This document shows, in pieces, positions 1 through 11,379 of a stretch of 64,000 bases of DNA (its first letter is position 1; every line of letters starts with the position of its first letter). The notes under the pieces were generated by a model that was not told the DNA's origin, searched no databases, and saw only the letters and a list, made by a program, of their open reading frames with translations. The translations under genes were made by a program, and so were the position numbers. The stretch is from contig MU008169.1 of the NCBI GenBank assembly GCA_010909165.1, positions 1,364,001 to 1,428,000 of the forward strand, given 5' to 3'. Source of the stretch: Anthoceros angustus. Taxonomy: Eukaryota; Plantae; Anthocerotophyta.

Positions 1-585
1 CAGTAGTCACAACCAAAGTAGTCACACCCAAAGTAGTCACACCCAAAGTAGTCACACCCAAAGTAGTCACACCCAAAGTAGTCACCGAGTTGCCATAGGG
101 GAGTAGAATGGAGTTGTTACACAAGTTCTCACGGTCCGGAGTAGTCGTCAAGTCACAATCGTGGTGGCAACCAAAGTAGTCATGTAAGAATTCGATACAA
201 GAGTAGTCATAGGCGTGAGTCACAATGTGAGGGGCAACCTGAGGAGCCACAACGAAGCGGGCAATGGGTTAGTGGCACCGTAGTAGCCACAACCGAGTAG
301 TCATACAATAGCAAAGAACCGAGTAGCGCAAAAGTAGTCATAATGGAAGGAGTTCCAGTCGGCGGAGTTATAACCGGTGGGGTAGCAGTCGAAATAAAGG
401 TAGCAGGAGTAGTCACAAGCGGAGGAGTCATAGCCGGCGGAGTAACAACCAAAGTAGTCAACACCGGAGTGGTCACAGCCGGAGAAGTCACGTCGAGAGT
501 AGTGGCAGCCGGAGTAGTGGCAACCCAAGTAATGGCAGCTCGAGTAGTGGCACCCCGAGAAGTGGCAGCTAGAGTAGTCCCATAG
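1..585. repeat. Modular 15-bp minisatellite array (consensus about GGAGTAGTCACANCC); near-perfect (GTAGTCACACCCAAA)n at 1-85
   Basis: About five near-identical 15-mers at 1-85, then degenerate in-register 15-mers (ggagtagtcacaagc, ggaggagtcatagcc, ggagtggtcacagcc, agagtagtggcagcc) up to 585. Confidence 0.9.
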
Positions 586-719
586 TAAAAATGATGTCCT
601 TTGCTGATCTAGCTATGTTCTAAAACCACTTCCGTGACTTGCTTTGATACAAACATCACACAAACGTAGAGGAATGTAACATAATTCATAATTCATATTG
701 TCGTATGGGAATGTCATTG

Positions 720-840
720 TTAAGCATTCTATATAGGAACGTCACTATTAAGCATCCTATATAGGAACATCGCTGTTAAGCATCCTATATAGGAACGTTG
801 TTGTTAAGCATCCTATATAGAAATATCGTTGTTAAGCATC
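720..840 (+). repeat. 28-bp tandem repeat x~4.5 (TTAAGCATCCTATATAGGAAC...), duplicated at ~2190-2310
   Basis: Consecutive units ttaagcattctatataggaacgtcacta / ttaagcatcctatataggaacatcgctg / ...gttgttg / ...atcgttg, with no spacers. Confidence 0.9.
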
Positions 841-1103
841 ATGTGCTCACTTTTTCTACCTCCTTGGATCCCTTTAGTTTTCGGGCATCATCTCCATCCT
901 CCATGGTAAGTACGCCATATTCAACAATTTAAAAGCAATTAGATTGATTGTTTATTAAGATTTTTATATTTAAAATATAAATAAAATAAACAAATAAGCA
1001 TGGAACTCAAACATCTCAAAGAACATATTTAGAAAGGGATATTTTAGAGTCTCCGATCCAATTTTATAATAGAGTAAAATGTACTACTCTGTTATATGTC
1101 TAT

Positions 1104-1428
1104 CACAGCCAAAGGAATTGGAGGGGCCTCCCCCTTTCGTCCGTGGTGGCTTTCTTTCTGTGGTTTCCATAGCTCGCAGAAGCTCGTTAACGCTTATTTA
1201 TAGGACGCTCGTCTGCAGACTAGCGGCTTCTTCGACACCGGTGGTAGATAGGCCCTTCATCATCATTGATCACGATATCATTGGTGCAGTAGGTAGTTAC
1301 GGGAAAGGCATTCGAGGGGACTAGGACTTCCCCTTTTACTATTAGCCCTTTTTGGGTTGTTCCTTCTCTAACTTCACGGGTAGATGGGATTCCCCACCTC
1401 GCCTATTCATAACGTCTACTCTTCTCAA
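1104..1428. mobile_element. 325-bp insertion flanked by a 12-bp direct repeat (TTATATGTCTAT), absent from the homologue at 28.7 kb
   Basis: Direct repeat at 1092-1103 and 1429-1440. The homologue reads straight across as the empty site. TATA-like cctataaataag on the minus strand; no TIR or poly(A). Confidence 0.6.
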
Positions 1429-4400
1429 TTATATGTCTATTATAATGTATTGTATTACATATCTCTCTATACTTCCCAACTTAGTAATCTTTAACTAAAA
1501 GAATTTAGTTAAAGATTACTAAAGATTCTTAATTGAGAGTAGTAATATATTAGATTAGTAGATTTTATAATCGATTCATATAATAGAATACTAGATTCTT
1601 AGTTGAGAGTTTGTTTGTCCTATAAATAGGGGAGTGGGGTTGTTCAGAACATTGTCGCATCTACATTAGTGGAACACACTTTGCCAAAGTAAAGAAGTTT
1701 TGTCGACCAGGATTTTCTTAAGTGTGCAGGCAAAGAGGTGTTTGAGCGCTACCAAGCTGCCTGTCGTCAAGGTAAGATCAGACAGAAAGCTTCCTTGCTG
1801 TACGCAGAACAACATTATTTCATACTTCATTTCCAGACTCCTTCGCCAGTGACTCAAGGCTCTTGCAGTGTGTGGACTTCTACTCCGCCTTGTACTACTG
1901 GTTGTACTCGACCTTCCATTCCCGTGAGTAACAGCCAAAGTAGTCAACACCGAGTGGTCACAGAAGTCACGCCGAGGCGGCAATGAGTAGTGGCAACCCA
2001 AGTAATGGCAAATGGTAGTGGCACCTCGAGAAGTGGCAGCTAGAGTAGTCCCATAGTAAAAATGATGTCCTTTGCTGATCTAGCTATGTTCTAAAACCAC
2101 TTCCGTGACTTGCTTTGATACAAACATCACACAAACGTAGAGGAATGTAACATAATTCATAATTCATATTGTCGTATGGGAATGTCATTGTTAAGCATTC
2201 TATATAGGAACGTCACTATTAAGCATCCTATATAGGAACATCGCTGTTAAGCATCCTATATAGGAACGTTGTTGTTAAGCATCCTATATAGAAATATCGT
2301 TGTTAAGCATCATGTGCTCACTTTTTCTACCTCCTTGGATCCCTTTAGTTTTCGGGCATCATCTCCATCCTCCATGGTAAGTACGCCATATTCAACAATT
2401 TAAAACAGGTAGATTGATTGTTTATTAAGATTTTTATATTTAAAATATAAATAAAATAAACAAATAAGCATGGAACTCAAACATCTCAAAGAACATATTT
2501 AGAAAGGGATATTTTAGAGTCTCCGATCCAATTTTATAATAGAGTAAAATGTACTACTCTGTTATATGTCTATCACAGCCAAAGGAATTGGAGGGGCCTC
2601 CCCCTTTCGTCCGTGGTGGCTTTCTTTCACCAACGGGTTTCCATAGCTACAGACTGTTAACGCTATTTATAGGACGTCATGTGCAGGACTAGCGGCTTCT
2701 TCGACACGGTGGTAGATAGGCCCTTCATCATCATTGATCACGATATCATTGGTGCGAGGTAGTTACGGAAAGGCATTCGAGGACTAGGACTTCCCTTTTA
2801 CTATTAGCCCTTTTGGGTTGTTCCTTCTCTAACTTCACGTAGATGGGATTCCCCACCGCCTATTCATAACGTCTACTCTTCTCAATTATATGTCTATTAT
2901 AATGTATTGTATTACATATCTCTCTATACTTCCCAACTTAGTAATCTTTAACTAAAAGAATTTAGTTAAAGATTACTAAAGATTCTTAATTGAGAGTAGT
3001 AATATATTAGATTAGTAGATTTTATAATCGATTCATATAATAGAATACTAGATTCTTAGTTGAGAGTTTGTTTGTCCTATAAATAGGGGAGGTTGTTCGA
3101 ACATTGTCGCATCTACATTAGTGGAACACACTTTGCCAAAGTAAAGAAGTTTTGTCGACCAGGATTTTCTTAAGTGTGCAGGCAAAGAGGTGTTTGAGCG
3201 CTACCAAGCCGTGTCGTCAAGGTAAGATCGTTAAAAGCCTGTCAGACGCAGAACAACATTATTTCATACTTCATTTCCAGACTCGCCGACTCAAGGCTCT
3301 TGCGGGTGTGGACTTCTACTCCAGACCACCGGTTGTACTCGACCTTCCATTCCGGCTGGGTACGACCTATGGCAGTGAATCTAGCTATGTCTCCAGCTAA
3401 GACTCTCGATCTGACTCCGGCTACGACTCTTCCGGTTGTGACTTCTCCACTGCGCTCGTCTTGACCTCTCCAGTGCGACTTACTCTCCTCACTTTGTTAC
3501 TACTTGATTTGCGACTCCTAAGGATGCGATCGCCCGATGACTCTAGCCGTACCTTCGGCCAATGACTCTGGTAGTGACTCCGACAGTGAGTTCGACAATG
3601 ACTCGGCGGACTCGTGATGACTCGGCGATGACTCAGTGACTCGACTTTGACTCCGACTTTGACTTCGAATTTGACTCTGACTTTGACTTCGACTATAACT
3701 GATAGATGAGTATCCATGTAGTAATAGCCCCCATTATTGTTTGGGGAGTGGATGAGGCCCTTTAAAAGATTCTTCCGGATTTTGGGTGGATGAGTTTCTT
3801 TAAGAGATTACTTCGCATTTGCACCGGATATAGTAGTCAAGTTTTTCTAGCACTGAGAAGAGCGAAATTCTCCACAAAAGGCAACCTGAACATGAATTGG
3901 TTTCATCGAAGAGTTGTGCATTTCAACCTTTAATCACATCCAACAGCATAGTTGATTCTCACTTGATTGTGCGATCCCTCAATAGGATAATGGGTACCCT
4001 TTATGAACTCATCCGCTCTCTGGTGGACTTAGCATTGACTTTAAAAGTTCTTCAAAGTGCCTCCTTTTTTTAGTGCCACCGCTCTACATCTAGATTTTTC
4101 AAGGATGGAAAATTCTTTCTTTTTCTAGTACTTACCTATATATATTATCAATAGTGAATTTACACAAAAAAAAGAGTTGTGCATAATTTTGAAGAACATG
4201 GGTCAAAAATGTCCTTCAAGCTTAAAACTTAGTTTAGATAAATAAAAGTAGTTCTATACAAAATGATTTTATGTATTTATATTAATATTCTTAGCTATAT
4301 ATTACAATTCCATTTTGTGTTCACGCTTAAAGTTTTATCTTCGTGTATGTTCATCCATGAAGAAGTTGACCCATATTGTTCAAAAGGGTGGACTTTAAGA

Positions 4401-5711
4401 GGTACAATTACCCATCCCTTGAACAATTCCTTACACCAGCATTGAACTTATTATATTTATAGATGTAGACAACTATGATCTAAGTCTTGACCACCCACAA
4501 TTTGACCCAAGCAAGTTTTTGGCACTACTCACAATTTGAGTTGCGCATCAAGGATGCGCGAGTAATGCAGAGGTGCTAGATCTTTCAAACTCTCACCACA
4601 ACAAGAGGGATAGGATCTTTCAAACTCTCATCACAACAAGAGGGATAGGCTAGGTTTGTAGTTGCATAAGGACTAGCAATTCAAGTCGGATTAATTGTCG
4701 ATCGTTACAAGATGATTGAGTGTTTATTATTGCCGCTCTCATTTAGGGAGGCTTCTACCACATTAAACCCTTAAACCAACCCATATCGATATTAATGATC
4801 AATTGTAAATAAGATGTTCAATTATAAATATATTCATGTGCTCCAAGATATTTCTTAAGGTTTCTTGTAAGTTTGCTGATTAAGAACCGGGCGATTCCAC
4901 AATGTCTGTCGAGAATTCGGTACCTGAATGGCCAAAATTGCTGTCCTCAGTCAAGGTGTCTCACTACTTACTAAGAAAAGAAAGACACATCAACAAGCCT
5001 TATGGGTATGTGCGCACCACATTGCATGGCAACTAGCTACTTGTCAACAAGGTGTCTAAGTGGTTGTGCAAACGACCATGAAGTCAAAGTTAGGTTTGAT
5101 TAGGAGATTGGGGAAAAACCGGCCTATGTTGTGCCTAAGGTGTTGGTAATTTCTATGGGTTCCTTTGATCTTGTATTTACATATTACAAAACCAAGACGC
5201 TGACTTTTAGGTGGCATGAATAAATACATGGTTCTTGCTAACATATAGGAGTGACCTTCGATTTTGGATATTGACAATCATTTGTTGTAAAACATATGCA
5301 AGAGTCCTAGCCAAAAATCCACCGCATAGCTGGTAGAGTGCAGGTATCAAATGTTGTGATCCCTTTCCCACTCCAACAGGGATATGAGACAAGATTGTTT
5401 CACATAATCGTGTAAAGCCTAAATACATCCATATACGGATGATGCAACAACTATCTAGTTGAAAACTGTGTGGTTGCTACGCCGTGATGTTTTTGCAATA
5501 GTTTGTTGGGGGGGGTTAGGTGGACGTGAATGACTGTGTGTATGGGATTTACCTTCCACGCACTGCTGTCAACCAAGATCTCATCCAAGATCTCATGGGA
5601 CGAAACCCAACATGCTAAGCGACAATGGGATAAGTGTGGCCACTTGAGGGTGAATCTCGGAAGCCCCAGGATTTTCCTCCCACAAGGAGTCCCAACCAAA
5701 GGACTCACAAC

Positions 5712-5894
5712 TGTTATTTATGCAATTGTTCAGGACTCACTTGGGCAAGGAATACAAGAAGCAATGCAACAAAAGAACTTGAATAATAAAATGTGTACAA
5801 AATTTTATCTTATATACTGTTGAGTTCATTAAACCTTAAAGGTGTATATATAACCGAGTTAGGTTAACCCATGGTTATCTAAATAACCTCAACA
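5712..5894 (-). repeat. Copia 3' LTR (183 bp)
   Basis: TGTTATT...CTCAACA; four substitutions relative to 20106-20288 by hand count. Confidence 0.97.
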
Positions 5895-5903
5895 CCCCCT
5901 CTT
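5895..5903 (-). promoter_or_regulatory. Copia polypurine tract (AAGAGGGGG)
   Basis: Purine run on the minus strand abutting the 3' LTR. Confidence 0.85.
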
Positions 5904-5971
5904 AACCTGACGAGGTTAAAGGCAGTTTAATAAACCCGATTAAACCATAAACCCTTGGCACCCCCTCGTAA

Positions 5972-6475
5972 TTGAACGGGCATGCAAGGCGTAAATGCAA
6001 CGCGAGCGAGCAAACATGCAGCACCTATGTGTCGATCGACGAACCGAGGGCGGACGAAAACCACGAGCTTCGGAGATGGAGCTTCTCGTCCCTCTCGGAC
6101 CATGCTATGTATAGCATTCTAGAGTCTGTTGCAAGCAACAATGGCACGCAAGCGAGCGGAGGCATAGGTTGCCGTAAACACTGTGGAGACATCACGGCAG
6201 AGGCAATTCCCTTGAGCGGGCATGCAAGGCGTAAATGCAACGCGAGCGAGCAAACATGCACCGTGGATCGTCGATCCGCCGAGGGCGATGTACACGAAAA
6301 CCCCGAGAGCACGGAGAGATGGAGCTATGCGTCCCTCTCGTCTGGACCATGCTATGTATAGCATTTACAGCAGGAGTCCTGTTGCAAGCAACAATGGCAC
6401 GCAAGCAGAACGGAGGCATAGGTTGCCAGAAACACCCACGGGTGGAGACATCACAGCAGCAGAGCAATTCCCTTG
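5972..6475 (+). repeat. ~240-bp tandem duplication in the Copia 3' region
   Basis: 'cgggcatgcaaggcgtaaatgcaacgcgagcgagcaaacatgca' at ~5976 and ~6216, with collinear downstream sequence. Confidence 0.85.
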
Positions 6476-8267
6476 AGCCTGGCGAGGCACAAGCAGCGAA
6501 GAAGCCTGCAGAATGGCCTACACAGGCGGACAGAAACTTGATGTGCCATCTTATCCAGACAGTGAAGAAATGTGAGGAAGTCGAGGAAGCGCTCAAAGCC
6601 ACGAAGTGTCGGGTCTTGGAGCTTCAGGACTTGATGGCCAAGGTCCCGCCAAGAGATCCACGCATGTTTCCACTAACGGAGGTTGAAGTGCGGCACCTTG
6701 TAAAGGAGCTGACTATGCTTGGAACACGATAATTTTGCAAGGAGGGGAATATACAAACCCTCTTCTTCTGGGGTCGGACCCTCTTGACCAACACCTACCC
6801 CAAAAATAGCCTTTTACGCCAAAGTTAAAACATCACCCCATTCCCGGGTACATACACTTACACATCAAATGTTTACCGCTTGCCTCCACTAATGACCCAT
6901 CGTAGCCGGCCCGCCTAACAGTCTATCACAACACTCAAGCCTTGTACTATTTTGTGGGGAACTCGGTGGACTATCTATACCACAAAAAATGGATCTTTCA
7001 CCGTCAATCCAATGTTTTGAGTCTATCTACTTTAGAATGGAGGAATATGACGAGGCCATTAGACTCATCCGGCTCGAGCGGATACCGAATCCAACACCAT
7101 TGCTAAATTACGATTCGCTCCACCAACACCATAATTATGGAAGATCCCTTCGTGAAATTGACACTTCCTTAAAAGAGGATTTAAACCCTAGGTCTTCAAA
7201 ATGACATTAGCCTCTTTATTCCATCCACAATCGAAAAGTCGCATTCTTTCCATTGACATGATAGAGAGCCTATCTAGGGCGAGCCCTCCGTGATGTGTTC
7301 ATGGACACCATTCAATAAATTCATATCAAAACTAAACATGGTTATACTTTGGAAAGAAACAAAACCGAAGTTGTGTGTGAACGCCGACATGGCGGCGCCC
7401 ACAACGATCGACAAAACGTAAACTTTAAAACGAGCACATGCAAGCGGTTACGCCGGAATGGTCCTCATGGGGACCAATCAGAACTCATACGGCCTTGAGC
7501 CAACACTGAATGTATGACCACTTCTAAGTTCCACATGCGCTCCACTTCTGGGTCATCAAAACCATTGTTCTTGCCCATGGACTTGGCGTTTTCGTTCTCC
7601 CCAACTCCTGCCTCATCAAGCACTTGCGTAAGCGCGGTACCGTGGTCGAGCCTATGCCGCTTTTGGTTTACGAGGACGCTCACGTCGGGTTTTGGCTTTC
7701 ACGGGTTTGAATCATTGCCTTTATCAAACAAGTAACACATTCCCTCAACCATTTGAATGTATGTTTCAAATTGAATGAGCAAAATATGACATCTTTCACA
7801 TGTCAAATCACAATGTACAGCCTTGGTCGATCGCAAAGATGGTGTCCAGGATCAAGCACATGCCTGAGCTATGACCTCTGCAATACAATGGTCGCCTTCA
7901 ATGAGCTCCATAAACGGAAGAAACTTGAGTGAGCCGTAGCTCTCTTCACCATTTTGATTCTTTTATAATTTGAGACCATTAATATAATATTACAAGTAAT
8001 TTTAAACTCGCAATCAACGATTGAAAGATATTTGCTATGATTTTGGGTTTAAAACTACAAATTCTTAACTATGCTGGCCAAAATAAGGACTTGTGAATGC
8101 GTCCTTAAGGACAGAATCCTTTAATTTAAAGGATGCCCTTAAAAATCAACAAAGTTGGTGTGAATGAGGAGTAGAGGTTTTGACCTCACGGCCTCCTACG
8201 TACTAAACTCTCTATCCAACCACTTGAGTAACTACCCCAAGCCACAAATCATTTGAAGCGCTAATTA

Positions 8268-11200
8268 CACTACTACGAACCAGGTGGGTATGTCACGTTT
8301 TTTTGTAACATATATATGTCCTATTGTTACATTATAATGTCCATTGTAACGGTTCGTCCCGAGCCAATAAATCGTTACAATTAAATTGTTAGAAGGCGAT
8401 TCGTTGTAACGCTTCGGTTCAGGTTGGGCCTCGGGTTGGTGAGCATGGATTAAGTGGGGATTCGTTTGCCCGCTTCGACATGAAGGGGCGGCGCACATTT
8501 ATGTGCCGACGCCACCCCGATGATCTTGAGCGTCATGGATGCCCTTTATGGATGCCCCTTTATGCTCGCCACTTATTTTTCACCCACCGTACACACCACA
8601 GATTTATCGTGAAAACATATTGACGTATTTGAATGTATGGGGATTGTATGTACGACGATGGTGTGTATTGTTCTCGTGTTGGCATACAACATGTAGAATA
8701 AACGCATTAATTCCAGAGCATTTGTAAATCGTTGTATCATGTTTTATGGCCAGCAATGGAGGCCCATGCACCATAAGGCCGCAACCTCCATTTGAAGACG
8801 AAGCATTCCAAACTGTAAGCGCATTCTGGCTGCACTAGCCGTTTGCAGAAGGCGTTGCAAGTGGCGGATCGGTATCCTAGGTGTTTATTTCACAAGTGGA
8901 TGGGGCACCGCATGAAGCAAACATGCCATGACGGCCAGGCAACAAGTGCACACGATTGGCGGCGCTAGGATGTCCGTGTGGAGTTTTGTAGCACTTCCAC
9001 AAAGGGTGTGTGTAGAAGCGAAGTTGTTCAATTGAAGTAAAGATGGAAAGCATTGCCTTCCCAAAGTTCACGGACTAAAGCGTGTTTGTCACTCGAGGTT
9101 GACTCCCATTCTATTTGCACACTTCCTTGCATATGCACTCTGCTTACCTTACACATTTCTATAGCGCCCGGGACCGCATGGATGGCACACAAACAGAGCC
9201 TTACTACTTGCACTGTCTCACCAATTCAGACACCCAACACATGGAGCAGTATCATTGGCAATGGCGAACCCGCCCATAGAGTACCGCGAAGGCACAAGGC
9301 GTGCACGCGGCCGCGATTGTGATGGCGGTGCACATTCGGGTTGAGTCCGACTCGGCGACCAACTCCACCGCCAGAAAAACCAGATGGCACAGATGTGCTG
9401 CCGTCTCCAATTTGGAGTGCAGCCCTCGGGCGGTGGAAGGCGATGAGAAGGTGTGCGTGTGGGCGTACCGATTCGGCGATGTGCACACCCCATATGTGTG
9501 GGGAGGGGGAGAGGGTAGGTGGGTGCTCCAAGTCATGGAGGCAGCAGGGTTGCCGGAAATGCATCATCGGTTTGTCACAGCAAGAGCAAGTTTGGAGGAT
9601 GATGGGCCGTTGCCTGTGCGGCTGGCGCATCGGCGACGGGAAAGTTTGGGGAGCTTGCGCAGAAAGGTTGGGTCTTGGGTTCCTGGGTCGAGCAAAGGAG
9701 CTCGCAATATTCGTGCACCAAGCAGTTGAGGCACTCCGAGAGAATTGGCGTGAACACATCGTCGTCCTCGGTTGAGGCGCAAGGGAGAAATTGTATTGTG
9801 ACGCCATGTTGGGAGAGCACTTGTTCACACTTCTGGTGGTGCAGAAGGTGGCCCAATTTGGAGAAATTACCTCGGCACCCAACAAGGCTGATTGGATTGG
9901 TGGGAACTTGCGGACGTCATTGCAGGAGGAGGCACAGTTTCACAAGTGGATGTGGGGGAAACACATATATGTGCGCGAGAGGGGGCCCTATTGGGATCAA
10001 CGTCGTTACCTTATGTGGACTGGCCCAGATTATGCGTTAAGGTCCATGCTTACAGCCCCATCTACAGCATGTGGCATTGTCACTATTGTGAAGCAGCAAT
10101 TGGACGGGGCGAACTTCTACAGGTATCAGTCGAGGGTTTTGTTCACTCACAACAGGGTGGACCATTTCGCTGCATATGCAGATTTCAAAGTGAATGACGA
10201 AGGCCATTACCAGCTACTGGAGGCGGCAGACATGATCGTTGAGGCCTGCTTCACCTTGGCTGGAGGACGACTTCATGCCTTGTTGGCGGGGCGATCACAT
10301 GGGTACCTATTCCGAATAAGGAGCCTGGCGGTGGGATGGAGGTATATGAAGGCGAGTTCTTCATGCACAAGAGCTCAATGAAGATAGGAGTTTGGCGTGG
10401 GAGGTGAGTGTGCACCGTTGTTGTTCTTGTGCGGCATTTGGTATGGTGCAAACCATGACGGTTTTAAAGCGACGGCTCCAATGTGGTTTGCCTTTGTTTA
10501 CGTTTACCAGCCAAGGATTCCAATCTTCAATCCACCATTGGAAGCACGCGTGGAGTGCGATGTTGTATGCGGCACCCAGGTGTGCCATTAGAGGACTCAA
10601 GCCCACAGCTCGCTTTTGTCTCCATCTTCACACTCACAACAGAATCGAGTCGCTTACAACTTCTAAGAACAAAGAATGTATTCGCGTGACAATCGAATCG
10701 TTGATCTTGTTATCCTCACCATATCGCAACGGACATCCGGCATAGTCGTGACCTTAAGTATATGTGGCCGTCCGTACATTGTCCATCTCGTATGGGTTGG
10801 ATCGTATACATGCCACTTCCGAAAATACGGTTTTAGAAGGAACAACATCACCATGTCACGGTTTTCCACAAGGCACGTCCGGGCCGGGATACCCAAGACA
10901 AGACAAAAGCAGGCCAAGCGTCTCGCGTGTGGAGAATCCGCCCACCCGGGTGCGAGCATGAGTGGAACCCACCAAGTGGATGTGGCGTGAGGTTTCCGGC
11001 ATATTTTAAGGGAAGGTGCATGAAAAAGCGAGCATGACAAGAGGCCAAGCGGACCCGCAGCGTGGGAGGGCGTGGATGAACATAATTACAAGGGAGTTCA
11101 CGGGCCCGATCGACAATGGAACTAGAACTGGGGACCTCATCTCCGGTGTACCAAGTAGTGAAACTATTTTTTACTATAGATAAGTGAGAAAGAGGGGACG

Positions 11201-11379
11201 GTGCGGTTGGAGGGAAGCATGCTGCACCCATTCAAGTAGAGAGAAGGGTAACAGACAATGTAACAAACTTAGGCTTGTGTGACGGAGTCTCCCCCATACC
11301 ATCCGTTGTAACGTTTGTGATCACCATAACAAGAACTACAACAAAAAAACGTTACATAGGCAGCAGGTTTCTAGTAGTG
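8268..11379 (+). mobile_element. CACTA (En/Spm) element, 3.1 kb, non-autonomous
   Basis: Ends CACTACTACGAACCAGGTGGGTATGTCACG and (reverse complement) CACTACTAGAAACCTGCTGCCTATGTAACG, 23/30 identical. 3-bp TSD TTA at 8265-8267 and 11380-11382. Subterminal TGTAAC/GTTACA repeats at both ends. Confidence 0.92.
9053..10990 (+). pseudogene. Decayed reading frame inside the CACTA element, possibly Ulp1/C48-protease-like
   Basis: ORF-track pieces at 9053, 9341, 9791, 10397 and 10676 share one frame, broken by about six in-frame stops. Weak VLFTHNRVDHF...RAQ...GGECAPL pattern. Confidence 0.4.

Larger units (their letters stand above)
450..3345 (+). repeat. Direct tandem duplication, unit ~1.46-1.47 kb (~450-1925 and ~1935-3345)
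   Basis: Anchor 'catagtaaaaatgatgtcc' at 581 and 2052; anchor 'tataaatagg' at 1621 and 3078. Copies differ mainly by small indels. Confidence 0.9.
590..4090 (+). repeat. Unclassified dispersed repeat (AT-rich core, TATA-like site, inverted modular arm); inverted homologue at ~28085-28960, partial one at ~20560-20770
   Basis: The reverse complement of 28440-28720 matches 1430-1690. 28200-28260 matches 3670-3725 and 28087-28200 matches 3985-4090. 20631-20730 matches the reverse complement of 3300-3400. Confidence 0.75.

Noticed and set aside
207-585. Thr/Pro-rich or Val-rich ORFs as mucin/arabinogalactan protein genes
   Set aside because: Several frames on both strands are open because of the 15-bp periodicity; no signal peptide or gene structure.
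720-840. 28-bp repeats as a CRISPR-like array
   Set aside because: Units are contiguous with no unique spacers, no cas genes are present, and the context is eukaryotic.
5050-5430. Possible retroelement relic (LINE RT- or integrase-like words on the minus strand)
   Set aside because: Different frames suggest different families, and no catalytic motif is intact.
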